Shown one piece after another: positions 47,279 through 57,786 of a stretch of DNA of 64,000 nt; positions within the stretch are counted from its first letter, which is position 1; every line of letters begins with the position of its first letter. The stretch is from an uncultured Phycisphaerales bacterium. Lineage in GTDB: Bacteria > Planctomycetota > Phycisphaerae > Sedimentisphaerales > Anaerobacaceae. Made by a program: the position numbers and the translations under genes. The stretch lies in the NCBI GenBank assembly GCA_963718665.1, contig OY970359.1, positions 960,001-1,024,000 on the forward strand. Reading direction: 5' to 3'. Below the pieces are notes generated by a model. The model saw only the letters and a program-made list of their open reading frames with translations, was not told where the DNA came from and searched no databases.

Positions 47279-50200
47279 ATGCCTGAACCTGCTGGAAATA
47301 TGTGTTTACGGCGGATTGAGGTCGGGCCGGAAAGACAAGTAATGAGAAATATGGAGCGAGCTATGGGATTAAAGCTGAGACCCGCCGGTTGGATTAGCAA
47401 ATTCGGTTTAATCGCGGTCGTAATTTTTGTGGGGTTAGCGCCTGTGGTGTCTTCGCCGGCAGCGGATATGGCTTCACCCAATGAGACGACCATACCCAGT
47501 CCCGACAGATACAGGGCATTTTTACTCAAGTACATCTCGCCTCAGCAGGGCAAGCAATTTCTGGTCGATGCGAATATCACTAATATCTCCCAGGTAAGCG
47601 ACTCCAATACGCTGCTGGTTACGGCGAAGCCCGATGTTCTTGTCAAGGCGGCGGCTTTGCTGGCTATGGTGGATTCACGCGAAAAGTATGCCGTGAAGGT
47701 CTTGCTGCCCGCTTCTGATGCGAATCGGATGCCGTCTGCGGACGAAATGGCTGCCGAAATCGGGAAAATATCCATAGGAACATTTTATAATATACCCGGC
47801 GGGACCGGGTACAAGGCGATTATTGATACCCACGAAGATAAGCTTATTGCTATTGCCCCGGTCGCGGTTATGGATAAGTTTGTTGAGTATGCCGACGTGG
47901 TAAAGCGAGCTGGCACTCTGCCCGACCTTGAGGATGGTCTTGCCTCTGGGGCCGTTGCGGAATCAGGCCCGGCTGCTCCTGATAAAGCGTTCGACGAGCT
48001 TCTCGACTCCATATCCAAAGCTGAAAAAAATCCCAAATCGAGCAATACCGTAAAACAAAAAACCTCACCCAAAGCAGAGAACGTCGCAATACCCCCAAAA
48101 CAGGCGGCTAAAAACGATAAAAAACTAACAGGCAAAGAGAAAAAGGCCGCTGAGCCAAACCTTGAAACAGCGGCGTCGGTGGAGCCAAATAATGAGGAGA
48201 AAGTTCAAAATCAATACGAGCCCATTTATGCCGTCAATGCCGATGAAACTCTCGAGCTTGCGCTTCCCGAAAAGCTCAAAGTCATCGATTTGCTCGACCT
48301 TATTGGTAAATATCTGAACCTCAATTATGTGTACGATGAGAGCAAAATAAAGACCATGGAGGTCAGTTTGAAGGTTCAGGGGCCAATCAAGGTAAGAGAT
48401 TTATACCCGCTTGCCGAATCAGTGCTGAAGTTTACCGGCCTTGCTATGGCCCGCAAGGGTAATCTGGTCACAATAGTCCCTATCGCCGACACTCTGGAAA
48501 TAGACCCCGCCTTGATAGAAACCGACAGCGGCCAGGTTAAGGCGGGCGACGTTGTAGTAACCCGTGTTTTCCAGCTTAACTATATCGATACCGCCAGCGC
48601 CAAGGCACTGCTTGAAGGTATGAAACTCGGTGCGGTAACGGAAATAGCCACGCGGGGAACGATAATTGTTACCGGCTACGCATACCGGATGAACCGTGTG
48701 GAACAGCTTCTTGATGTTGTCGATAAGCCGGGCAACCCAAAGCAATTCAAGTTCCGGCAGTTAAAATACACAATGGCCAGCACGCTTGCCCCGAAGATTA
48801 AGGCACTCGTCGAGCAACTGGGCGATATGTCGATTTCGATAGGCGTAACACCCGCGGCCACTACGCCTCAGCAGCCAAGGCGTCCTTCTGGTGTTCGCCA
48901 GCCGACGCCTCAGCCGACACCGGCAGCGACAGCCGGTTCCACAAAACCGTCGATATATCTCGACTCCGACGAAAGGACCAACCGTATTTTGATGATAGGG
49001 CAGGAGGAAGAATTGGCCGTTGTTGAGAAACTCATCGATACTCTTGACATTGCGCAGCAGGATATCCGTTCACTGCGGGTGTACGAAATCCAGCACGTTG
49101 ACGCCGAAGAGGTAAGAAAGAAGCTTGAAGAGCTTGGCGTTATTGGCCCCAGCCGAACGAGCACGGGCACATCCGGCAGGATTACCTCAAGAACAGCAAC
49201 GCCTGGTGCACCCGGGCAGCCGGCCGCATCGCCGACACCTGCCCCGGCTGTGAGCGCAAGTCCGGAAGGGGAACTGCCCACCGAAGAGATGCAGGTGGTG
49301 GTCATAGAATCAACCAACTCGCTTATGGTCAACGCCTCGCCTGAGCAGCACGCATTAGTTGCGACTATTATTTCTTATGTTGACAGCGAGAGCGAGCAGA
49401 AGTCGATACCTTACAAGGTTTACCCGCTTCAAAATCAGTCGCCTGACCATATCGCGGAGGTTCTCAAGAAGTTACTCGAGGACGTTATCAAAGATAAAGA
49501 AGGCAAAATAGAAAAGGTCGTGAAGAAAACCGAGGATGAAATCATTGTTGTCCCCGACGCCAATACTTTCTCGCTGATAGTTTACGCGAACAAAAAAAAT
49601 CAGGACTGGGTGGCTGATTTGATAAAAACCTTAGACAAAAGAAGGCCTCAGGTTCTTATTGACGTAACACTGGTCGAAATTACAAAAGCAGACTCGTTCA
49701 ACCTCGACCTGGAAATGGCCACCAAGATCCCACAAATGATTCCTGGCGGGAATATGGATTTTCTGCCCGCTCTGATAGGAGGGGCAGGCGACCCTAATAC
49801 TTTTCTGAAGAAGCGTTCAGTTGAAGCGTATGTTTCAGGAGGTCAGGCCCAGGGTTTTTACAGCGACCAGCACATCCAGGCGCTTCTTACTGCGGTACAG
49901 TCAAAAAACTATGGCCGTGTTCTGGCTAAACCCAAAATCTTAGTCAATGACGGGCAGGTCGGCGTAATCAAGACCGCCGATACCGTCAACGTGCAACTAA
50001 CCAGCGGTGCCGTCGTATCGAACGGCGTTACCGTCCCGGGGAGCACCAGTTATCAGCCGTACAATGACGGTATAACGCTTACCATTCAGCCCAACATAGG
50101 CGAGGGCGACCTGCTGTTGCTTATTGTCAAGCTCGAAAGGTCGGATTTCGTTAATGTGACTGCCGGCCAAATAACCCCCCCCGATACAACGTCGAGCACT

Positions 50201-50554
50201 ATTGATACAACAGTAACGGTTCCAAACAACAAAACGATAATTCTGGGCGGTCTGCTGAAGCTTAACCAGACCAAAGGCGGAAGCAAGGTTCCGTTGCTTG
50301 GTGATATTCCTCTTGTGGGCACCCTGTTTCGCAACACCAGCGACTCGGTTAACGATAATAAACTGTATGTTTTTGTAAAAGCCAACATCCTCAGGCCCGA
50401 GATGACATTGGAAGGGTTGTCCGAGATAGAGAAGATTTCCGAAAGAAATCGCGCCGCGTTTGAGAAAAACGAAGAGGAGTTTCAAAAGTACAATGATGTG
50501 CCTGGGATAAAGCCCACGCCGGTGGACCCGGAAAAGGTGCTTGACGCAGAGTAA
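47279..50554 (+). CDS. gspD: Type II secretion secretin
   Basis: DERTNRI and STNSL N-domains, RPQVLIDVTLVE, KVPLLGDIPLVGTLF. True start is probably downstream. Confidence 0.9.
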   Translation: MPEPAGNMCLRRIEVGPERQVMRNMERAMGLKLRPAGWISKFGLIAVVIFVGLAPVVSSPAADMASPNETTIPSPDRYRAFLLKYISPQQGKQFLVDANITNISQVSDSNTLLVTAKPDVLVKAAALLAMVDSREKYAVKVLLPASDANRMPSADEMAAEIGKISIGTFYNIPGGTGYKAIIDTHEDKLIAIAPVAVMDKFVEYADVVKRAGTLPDLEDGLASGAVAESGPAAPDKAFDELLDSISKAEKNPKSSNTVKQKTSPKAENVAIPPKQAAKNDKKLTGKEKKAAEPNLETAASVEPNNEEKVQNQYEPIYAVNADETLELALPEKLKVIDLLDLIGKYLNLNYVYDESKIKTMEVSLKVQGPIKVRDLYPLAESVLKFTGLAMARKGNLVTIVPIADTLEIDPALIETDSGQVKAGDVVVTRVFQLNYIDTASAKALLEGMKLGAVTEIATRGTIIVTGYAYRMNRVEQLLDVVDKPGNPKQFKFRQLKYTMASTLAPKIKALVEQLGDMSISIGVTPAATTPQQPRRPSGVRQPTPQPTPAATAGSTKPSIYLDSDERTNRILMIGQEEELAVVEKLIDTLDIAQQDIRSLRVYEIQHVDAEEVRKKLEELGVIGPSRTSTGTSGRITSRTATPGAPGQPAASPTPAPAVSASPEGELPTEEMQVVVIESTNSLMVNASPEQHALVATIISYVDSESEQKSIPYKVYPLQNQSPDHIAEVLKKLLEDVIKDKEGKIEKVVKKTEDEIIVVPDANTFSLIVYANKKNQDWVADLIKTLDKRRPQVLIDVTLVEITKADSFNLDLEMATKIPQMIPGGNMDFLPALIGGAGDPNTFLKKRSVEAYVSGGQAQGFYSDQHIQALLTAVQSKNYGRVLAKPKILVNDGQVGVIKTADTVNVQLTSGAVVSNGVTVPGSTSYQPYNDGITLTIQPNIGEGDLLLLIVKLERSDFVNVTAGQITPPDTTSSTIDTTVTVPNNKTIILGGLLKLNQTKGGSKVPLLGDIPLVGTLFRNTSDSVNDNKLYVFVKANILRPEMTLEGLSEIEKISERNRAAFEKNEEEFQKYNDVPGIKPTPVDPEKVLDAE

Positions 50555-50592
50555 CCGCGGGAAAATGTTAAAGCGGTAATCGTGAAACGTAA

Positions 50593-52293
50593 ATGAAAGA
50601 GCTTTTAATACAAACCGCGAAGCGGACGGGTATAGTTGACGCCGAAGTTCTGGCCAAATTTCTGGAGGAAAGTTCCGCGGGCCAACGCATCGACGAGGTG
50701 TTGCTTGACTGTCCCAATTTTACCGAGGAGCAGGTTCTGCGTTTGTTCGCGGCGGCGCTGGGAAACGAATTTTTTTCCGAGATACCTGCCAAGCAGGTGC
50801 CGCCGGAATTTATCCAGTCCGTCCCTGCGACATACGCCCAGCACCATTCATTGATTGGGATAAAAAAAGAAGGGGACAACGGCGAGCTGATCGTTGTGCT
50901 TTCCAAGCCATTAGATATTGCCGAGCTCGATAACATATCGAAGATGACTGGTATGTCTGTTCGAGCGGGAGTTGCCACGCGTGCCGCCATAACTTCGGTT
51001 ATCGATGTTGCATACGAGCAGCGGACGACCGTGATAGATGAGGTGGTAGAGGAGCTGGATTCGCAAAATATCGACCAGCTTGCCGATGAAGTAGCCGGCT
51101 CGGACGACCTGCTGGACGTAGTTAATCGTCCGCCCGTTATCCGATTAGTCAATGACGTTCTTTTTCGCGCCCTTCAGTTGAGGGCAAGCGATATTCACGT
51201 TCACCCATACGAGAACAAAATACAAATTCGCTACCGTGTTGACGGTATTCTATACGACACTTTAAGCTTGAACCGCAACGTCCTGCCGCTGATTGTTTCG
51301 CGTATAAAGGTTATGGCCGGTATGGACATAGCCGAACGAAGAATGCCGCAGGACGGGCGATGCAGCGTCCGCCTGGGCCAGCGGGAAATTGACCTTCGCG
51401 TCAGCACCGTCCCCACAAGTTTCGGTGAACGATGCGTCCTGCGTATTTTGGACAAAAGCTCAGGCATACTTACGCTGAATCAACTCGGACTTTGGGAAGA
51501 TGACCTCAAGAGATTTGATACGCTGCTGAATCGCACACACGGCATCATTTTCGTAACAGGCCCGACGGGCAGCGGCAAAAGCACCACGCTTTACGCCTGT
51601 CTCAACCGCATCAATTCCGCGGAAAAAAACGTTATGACCGTCGAGGACCCAATCGAATACCAGCTCGAAGGCATAAGCCAGATGCAGGTCGCCAGCAAAA
51701 AGGGCGTTACCTTTGTTAATGCGCTGAGGCACATTCTGCGACAGGACCCCGACGTGGTAATGGTCGGCGAGGTTCGTGACGCGGAAACAGCGAGAATGGC
51801 GATACAATCATCCCTTACGGGCCACTTAGTTTTCAGCACCCTTCACACCAACGATTCGGCAGGCGCGATAAGCAGGTTGCTGGACCTGGGCGTGGAGCCG
51901 TATTTAGTCAGCTCTTCACTGATTGCCATAATGGCACAGCGGCTACTACGAAAGGTCTGCCCAGATTGCAAAAAGGAATACAAGCCGGCGCCTCACGAAC
52001 TGAGAGAGCTGGGGCTTGGAGATTTGTCTTCGCAGCCCATATTTTATATCGGCGCCGGATGCGACAAATGTTTCCAGACCGGCTACCGGGGCAGGACGGG
52101 TATTTATGAGCTGATGCTGGTTAACGAGGAGATACAGAATCTCATTTATCAAAGAACTACCGCCGGAGCAATAAAAAAGTTCGCGCTGGATGCGGGATTA
52201 CAAACGTTGAGAATGGACGGCGCTCGCAAGGTCCTCGCGGGAACAACGACTATTTCCGAGGTGCTTAGAGTTACTCAGGCCGATGTGATATAG
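50593..52293 (+). CDS. gspE: Type II secretion ATPase
   Basis: ASDIH, PQDGR, GPTGSGKSTT, LRQDPD, TGHLVFSTLH, CPDC/CDKC. Confidence 0.95.
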   Translation: MKELLIQTAKRTGIVDAEVLAKFLEESSAGQRIDEVLLDCPNFTEEQVLRLFAAALGNEFFSEIPAKQVPPEFIQSVPATYAQHHSLIGIKKEGDNGELIVVLSKPLDIAELDNISKMTGMSVRAGVATRAAITSVIDVAYEQRTTVIDEVVEELDSQNIDQLADEVAGSDDLLDVVNRPPVIRLVNDVLFRALQLRASDIHVHPYENKIQIRYRVDGILYDTLSLNRNVLPLIVSRIKVMAGMDIAERRMPQDGRCSVRLGQREIDLRVSTVPTSFGERCVLRILDKSSGILTLNQLGLWEDDLKRFDTLLNRTHGIIFVTGPTGSGKSTTLYACLNRINSAEKNVMTVEDPIEYQLEGISQMQVASKKGVTFVNALRHILRQDPDVVMVGEVRDAETARMAIQSSLTGHLVFSTLHTNDSAGAISRLLDLGVEPYLVSSSLIAIMAQRLLRKVCPDCKKEYKPAPHELRELGLGDLSSQPIFYIGAGCDKCFQTGYRGRTGIYELMLVNEEIQNLIYQRTTAGAIKKFALDAGLQTLRMDGARKVLAGTTTISEVLRVTQADVI

Positions 52294-52305
52294 GGATTTT
52301 CGGTT

Positions 52306-53523
52306 ATGCCAAGATATACATATACAGCGATAGCCGCAGACGGGAAAAAAACCAAAGGGACTATAACAGCCGAAAGTCCTTACGCCGCCCGCAAACAGTT
52401 GCGCGTTCGCAACATTCATCCGACCGCAGTAACCGAGCTTGGCGCGGCTGAAGAGGGAAGGTCCGTTATCGCATCAATTTTCAGCAGAACGAGCAAAAAG
52501 AACCTAATCGACTTCACCAGGCAAATGGCCACGCTTATCAATTCGGGCATAAAGCTGACAGAGGCGTTGACTGTGCTGACGATGCAGTCACCTGACCCGA
52601 GATTCAAGGCCGCCCTTTCGGATATCCGCGACCGCGTGATTACGGGCGAATCGCTGACCGACGCTATGAAGGATTACGACGAGTATTTCGACATAATTTA
52701 TGTCAGTATGGTACGAGTGGGCGAGGTTACCGGGTCGCTGGGGCCCGTATTCGCCACCATCGGTAATTTTATGGGCAAACGCCAGAAGGTTGAATCGAAA
52801 ATCATTACCGCTATGGTATATCCGGCGATTCTTATGCTGTTCGCCCTAGTTGTTATTATTATTCTTACCACATTTGTCATCCCCAAAATAGGCGCCCAGC
52901 TTGTGGCAGCCAAACAGGAGCTACCCTGGATAACCAAGCAGTTAATGAACGTAAGCTACATTATGACAAGCTGGTGGGTAGTGCTCGTAATCGCAGGTAT
53001 AGTGGCGGCTATCTGGGGGATAAGGCGGTTCTTCAAGACACCCCGCGGCGCGTTTATGCGGGATAAATTCATTTTGTCGCTGCCGGTATTCGGGCCGCTT
53101 ATCAAGCAGAGAGTGGTTTCGCGTTTCGCATCTACTTTGTCAACGCTTCTCGGTTCCGGCCTGAGTATGGCTGAGTCGTTCCGTGTTGTCGGCGAGGTCA
53201 CGGGCAACACATTGATGAAACGGGCTATTGACCAGGCGAGAGAGAGAATTCTCGCCGGCGCGGATATCGCGACACCTTTGCGCGACAGCGGGGTTATTGA
53301 CCCGTCGATAGCCCATATGGTAACAGTGGGCGAGAAAAGCGGCGAGCTCGAGACGATGCTCAAAAACATTAGCGATTCGCTCGAAGAATCAACGGATATT
53401 GTCATCGAACGGATAAGCGCGGCCGTAGAGCCGGTTGTAATTGTTTTTATCGCGGTAATCGTAGGCATCATCGCCCTTGCGATAATGATGCCGATTTTGA
53501 AAATTTCGCAAATGGCTATGTAA
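52306..53523 (+). CDS. gspF: Type II secretion inner-membrane platform protein
   Basis: FTRQMATL, GEVTGSL, AMVYP, GEKSGEL, VEP. Confidence 0.93.
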   Translation: MPRYTYTAIAADGKKTKGTITAESPYAARKQLRVRNIHPTAVTELGAAEEGRSVIASIFSRTSKKNLIDFTRQMATLINSGIKLTEALTVLTMQSPDPRFKAALSDIRDRVITGESLTDAMKDYDEYFDIIYVSMVRVGEVTGSLGPVFATIGNFMGKRQKVESKIITAMVYPAILMLFALVVIIILTTFVIPKIGAQLVAAKQELPWITKQLMNVSYIMTSWWVVLVIAGIVAAIWGIRRFFKTPRGAFMRDKFILSLPVFGPLIKQRVVSRFASTLSTLLGSGLSMAESFRVVGEVTGNTLMKRAIDQARERILAGADIATPLRDSGVIDPSIAHMVTVGEKSGELETMLKNISDSLEESTDIVIERISAAVEPVVIVFIAVIVGIIALAIMMPILKISQMAM

Positions 53524-53539
53524 AAAACTGGAGACATTT

Positions 53540-54004
53540 ATGACTACGAAAAAATCACGCTCATATTTCCGCGGCGCCGGGCGCCGTTACGCCGCATTCA
53601 CGATTATCGAGGTTATGGCCGTAATTGTGATTATCGGCATCCTGGCGGGTATTGTTGCCGTCAACGTCGTCGGAAGAATTGACAAGGCGCGAGTTATCTC
53701 CACCAAAGCCAATCTCAAAATGCTCCACAGCGCCGTTATTCAGTTCAAGCTCGACACAGGCCGATACCCAACCGAAGAGGCCGGCCTGCAGGAACTTATC
53801 GAGCAGCCCACTGACGTTACCGGCTGGAACCCCGGCGGTTATCTCCAATCAACATCGCTGCCAAAAGACGCATGGGGACACGATTTCATTTATCAGTTAT
53901 CACCCGAAAGCGGCAAAGCATTTGTTATTATCAGCTATGGAGCTGATGGCGAAGAGGGCGGCGAGGGACTCAACGCCGACCTTTACAGCACGGATGCCGA
54001 TTGA
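53540..54004 (+). CDS. gspG: Major pseudopilin
   Basis: AFTIIEVMAV, FKLDTGRYPTEE.GL..L, PKDAWG, SYGADG. Confidence 0.93.
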   Translation: MTTKKSRSYFRGAGRRYAAFTIIEVMAVIVIIGILAGIVAVNVVGRIDKARVISTKANLKMLHSAVIQFKLDTGRYPTEEAGLQELIEQPTDVTGWNPGGYLQSTSLPKDAWGHDFIYQLSPESGKAFVIISYGADGEEGGEGLNADLYSTDAD

Positions 54005-54624
54005 CAGAGGACAGAAAACGGATGACAGAGGACAGAAGACAGACGACAGATAACAAAGTCGGAAGGACAGAATTCCGTCCTCAGTCATCCGTCTTCCGTC
54101 ATCGGGCGTTTACGCTGGCGGAGGCGATGGTCGTCATCGTTATCATTTCGCTGCTGATAATGATTGCGGCAACCAATCTGAATGGAGTCATTACCAAAAA
54201 TTCCTTTAAAGCCAAAAGTCAGGGGCTTATCTCCGCCCTTGAGGCCGCGGTAACAAGCGCCGGCCAAAGTAACAAAAGATACGAAGTCATTATTGATATC
54301 CCGCAGCAGAGCTATCTTCTGCGTGAGATTTCATCTTCCAATCTGGCCGACGTTCTTGATGAAGAAATAATCGCCCAGGAGGATTTCGGCTACAACTGCA
54401 GGATTTCATACGTTTTGTTTGACGACGGGCAATATACAAACGAGGACAAGGCGAAGTTCCGGGCGAGCCGGGCGGGATGGCAGTTCGGCGGCATAATAGT
54501 GCTTATCGATTCTGACGGGCAGAGCTGGTCGATTATTGTTGACCAGCTGAGCAATATCGTTCGTTTGCAGGAGGGTGAAGCGCAAATCGTCTGGCCAAGG
54601 AGTAAAGATGATCTGCCGTTCTGA
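54001..54624 (+). CDS. Minor pseudopilin (GspH-like)
   Basis: AFTLAEAMVVIVII. Start is 54001 (TTG) or 54022 (ATG); the leader is built from heptamer repeats. Confidence 0.8.
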   Translation: MTEDRKRMTEDRRQTTDNKVGRTEFRPQSSVFRHRAFTLAEAMVVIVIISLLIMIAATNLNGVITKNSFKAKSQGLISALEAAVTSAGQSNKRYEVIIDIPQQSYLLREISSSNLADVLDEEIIAQEDFGYNCRISYVLFDDGQYTNEDKAKFRASRAGWQFGGIIVLIDSDGQSWSIIVDQLSNIVRLQEGEAQIVWPRSKDDLPF

Positions 54625-55510
54625 AAACAGAGGACAGAGGACAGAAGACAGAAGACGGCTGACCGTTCTCCGTCCTCAGTCCTCCGTCTTCCGTCATCGG
54701 GCTTTTACGCTGGTAGAAAGCATGGCCTCAATTACGCTGCTGGCGTTTATCGGCATAAGCGTGTGGGTAATTCTGGGGCGATGCACGGCTTCCGCGGCAA
54801 ACTCGGTTCAGCGTATGCGCGCCTTTGAAATAGCCCGCGAAAATATGGAAAAGCTACTTGGTTTGGATTCCGTTCAGGAAACGACCGAATACGGCACAAG
54901 CGAAAAATTCCCGGACATCCGCTGGCAGACCACCGTCGAGAGTTTTTATGAACCGGCGACATCGCAAATGTGGGTGCGGGCGGTCTGCTCGGCGGAATAT
55001 ACCGATACATCCGGCGAGCCCCAAAATGTCGAGTTAACCAACTGGCTTACCAAGCTTAGCAATACGCAGATGGCGCAGTTGACGCAAAAGTCGGAACTTC
55101 AGAAACAACAGATTGCCAAACATATTATCGCGACCGAGGAGCTTGCGGCGGAATTTGCCGGCGTTACTGTCGAAACCATAAGGCAGTGGGTAAAGAACGG
55201 TATGCCGATGACGGAGGCAGGCGAATATCTTAAGCCCTGGCTGGACCTGTACCTGCAAACCGATGGCAACCCGACGGACGAGGATAAGCAAAGCACATTG
55301 ACAGAATATCCGGAATTGTCAATTACGAGGCCGAAGAAAGCGACTGCGGACAAGACGACAACACCAACACCGGATTCGCAGAACCCAGAGGAGTCCGGGT
55401 CGCAGGCGCAGCCGGGCACCGACTCATCAGGCACCGAACCGACGGCTCCGAACGATAATATAGACCCTGAGCTGAAGAAACAAATAAATGATTTATTGCG
55501 CGGCTCTTAG
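54608..55510 (+). CDS. Minor pseudopilin (GspI-like) with C-terminal HTH-like segment
   Basis: AFTLVESMASI; later AAEFAGVTVETIRQWVKNGMP. Confidence 0.75.
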   Translation: MICRSENRGQRTEDRRRLTVLRPQSSVFRHRAFTLVESMASITLLAFIGISVWVILGRCTASAANSVQRMRAFEIARENMEKLLGLDSVQETTEYGTSEKFPDIRWQTTVESFYEPATSQMWVRAVCSAEYTDTSGEPQNVELTNWLTKLSNTQMAQLTQKSELQKQQIAKHIIATEELAAEFAGVTVETIRQWVKNGMPMTEAGEYLKPWLDLYLQTDGNPTDEDKQSTLTEYPELSITRPKKATADKTTTPTPDSQNPEESGSQAQPGTDSSGTEPTAPNDNIDPELKKQINDLLRGS

Positions 55511-55529
55511 CGAGCAGTTTGTAACCGAT

Positions 55530-56375
55530 ATGGAATCAGTGAACAATAAAACGTGTTCTTATAAAGGGGCTTTCACGCTCGTGGAGATACTTGCCGCCCT
55601 GACCGTTGGAACAATGGTTCTGCTGGCGGTTCTGGCTTTATATAACAGGGGGCAAAGCGGCTCAGCCGCGGTTATGAACAAGCTGGAAAGCACTCGCCTG
55701 CCTCGTGAGGTTTTTCAGCGAATAGCCGAAGACCTCGACCGGGTTGCCGGGGGAGGTCAGGGGATTCAAATTGATATTTTAAACAAATTGCAGGACGGTT
55801 TATCCGCCGCAAAACTGGAAATATTAAGGCCGATTTACGACGGCAAAGACCAGCAGCAAACGCTTGAAAAAATTGTCTGGCAAAGCAGCACTGACCCGGA
55901 AAGCGGATTGCTAACCTTGTATCGAAGCCATTCCGGAATCGCGATGGAAGACGCACTGCTCGATAACCAGAAAGAACCGTGGCAGCGAGAGCTTTTTGTG
56001 CCTATTTGCAGTGGTATAACTTTTTTCAAAATCGAAGTTCCCAAAGACGAAAACGAAGTGCCATTAGACCGGTGGACGGAAGGTATTCCGCCGGTGGTCA
56101 GGATTACAATGTCATTTGCTCAGCCATATAAGACGGTAAGCGGCACCTTTGACGTTCCCGAAGAGGAAAAGATTGTTCGCACTATTGCTGTTGACAGGAC
56201 CCGCATGCCGACATTTACCATACCTTCGCTTGATGCCAACCAGGCCGCCGATGCCAACGGGTCAGGCGATGCCAATAACCCGGCAGATACAAATACGCCG
56301 GCAGATATCAATACATCAGCAGGTGCCAACAGACCAATAAGAACTGCGACGATACAGCAACGTGAAGATGTGTGA
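55530..56375 (+). CDS. Minor pseudopilin (GspJ-like)
   Basis: GAFTLVEILAAL, RIAEDL, position in the cluster. Confidence 0.78.
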   Translation: MESVNNKTCSYKGAFTLVEILAALTVGTMVLLAVLALYNRGQSGSAAVMNKLESTRLPREVFQRIAEDLDRVAGGGQGIQIDILNKLQDGLSAAKLEILRPIYDGKDQQQTLEKIVWQSSTDPESGLLTLYRSHSGIAMEDALLDNQKEPWQRELFVPICSGITFFKIEVPKDENEVPLDRWTEGIPPVVRITMSFAQPYKTVSGTFDVPEEEKIVRTIAVDRTRMPTFTIPSLDANQAADANGSGDANNPADTNTPADINTSAGANRPIRTATIQQREDV

Positions 56376-57711
56376 GAATGATTTTATGAACGGTAGTTTG
56401 CAAAATCACGATAGCCGAACCACATCAGAGGCCGAACCGTCGGTTCGTACAAGCGGGATTGTGCTTCTGATAACAATGTTAGTACTGCTGGTTCTTGCGA
56501 CGCTTGGATACACTTTAGCCAGCCGGGTGGCTTCTCAGCGGCACAGGGATAGTTACATCATCGATTACACCAACGCCTGTTACGCCCGTGATTCGGCGTT
56601 AAAATACGCATTGGCCGCATTGGAGGACCTTAACGACCTTAAGTTGATTTCCCGTCCCAATGAGCCGGATTTTTCCGACCTTTTCCATCTCAGCGAGGAG
56701 GAGTATAGCCAGTTGATTGAACAATGGGCAATGGAACTTGCCAAAAAACAATCAGAAGGTGAAAGCAACGATGGAAATACGCCCCCCCCTATGTCTGTTC
56801 TTGAAGCCAACGACTCGAACGGGAAACACACGGCTGATTCGAATTTAGCCGAGCCAAACGATAGTAACAATATAAAGATACGGGGTCCTTATGGTCCGTC
56901 CTGGCCTTTTGTGACGGAGCCGGTGGAATTTGATATCGGCTCGACGCACATAAAAATTGAGACCGAAGATGAAAACGCGAAATATCCTGCCGGGTGGGCC
57001 ATCATCGATAATGAAAAAGTCCAGCGTGAGTCACAGGCGGGCATGCAGACCTTCTTTGAGTGGATGGGATACGATTCCGACAGGATAAAAACCGTCGGGG
57101 ACCAGTTGAAGCAAATAGCTTCAATAAAACCGTTCAAGGTTGAGTTCAAGCCGGTTGTACAAAGGGTACCCATAACAACCGAAGTTCAAAATCCCGCCAG
57201 GCGAGGCGCAAAAACGAAGAGAACCGTTTATAAGACGGCAGAGGTTTCACCGACGGAATCTATGGTTGTTCAAACCAGAGATTTTTCGGAACTCTTCCAC
57301 AGCTCCCTGCTCGACCTGCAAATACTCGCCGAACCCACAATTATAAGTGAAACCAGAAAAGAGTCGGCGATGAAGTATATGGGATTATGGGGGGCGACCC
57401 AGGTTAATATAAACTCGGCGCCCAGAAATGTGCTGGAAGCCGCATTTACATTCGGAGGCGATGCCCAGCAAATCGCCGACGGAATCATACAAAAGAGGCG
57501 CGAAAAGCCGTTCGCAGATATTGATGCGGTTAAAAAAGAGCTGTTCCAGTTTTCCGACTCAATCGAGAAATGCAAACCATATATCACCACGAGCAGCAAC
57601 GTGTTTTCGATACACGTTACAGCGGCAAGCGGCGTGGCAAAGGTCTCGGCAGTCGTGGTTGTGATGAAAAATGGCGGCAAGATTCAAAAGGTCGCTGTTT
57701 TGAGCGGGTAA
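56362..57711 (+). CDS. gspK: GspK-like pseudopilin
   Basis: GIVLLITMLVL, EDENAK, VNINSAP..VL, A..I...R..KPF. Confidence 0.8.
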   Translation: MKMCENDFMNGSLQNHDSRTTSEAEPSVRTSGIVLLITMLVLLVLATLGYTLASRVASQRHRDSYIIDYTNACYARDSALKYALAALEDLNDLKLISRPNEPDFSDLFHLSEEEYSQLIEQWAMELAKKQSEGESNDGNTPPPMSVLEANDSNGKHTADSNLAEPNDSNNIKIRGPYGPSWPFVTEPVEFDIGSTHIKIETEDENAKYPAGWAIIDNEKVQRESQAGMQTFFEWMGYDSDRIKTVGDQLKQIASIKPFKVEFKPVVQRVPITTEVQNPARRGAKTKRTVYKTAEVSPTESMVVQTRDFSELFHSSLLDLQILAEPTIISETRKESAMKYMGLWGATQVNINSAPRNVLEAAFTFGGDAQQIADGIIQKRREKPFADIDAVKKELFQFSDSIEKCKPYITTSSNVFSIHVTAASGVAKVSAVVVVMKNGGKIQKVAVLSG

Positions 57712-57786
57712 ACAGCGCGGCGGATAGCGTAAAATTCACTATACGTTATACGTCGGAGGTTAAACGCAGTAAGGAGCCGACTTAAA

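Noticed and set aside
54003..54700. CRISPR array or DGR template/variable repeat
   Set aside because: Only short heptamer units with no unique spacers. Differences are not adenine-specific, and no cas or reverse transcriptase gene is present.
53585..55580. Ala instead of Gly before the pilin Phe as a defect
   Set aside because: A|FTL cleavage sites are common in PVC-group prepilins.
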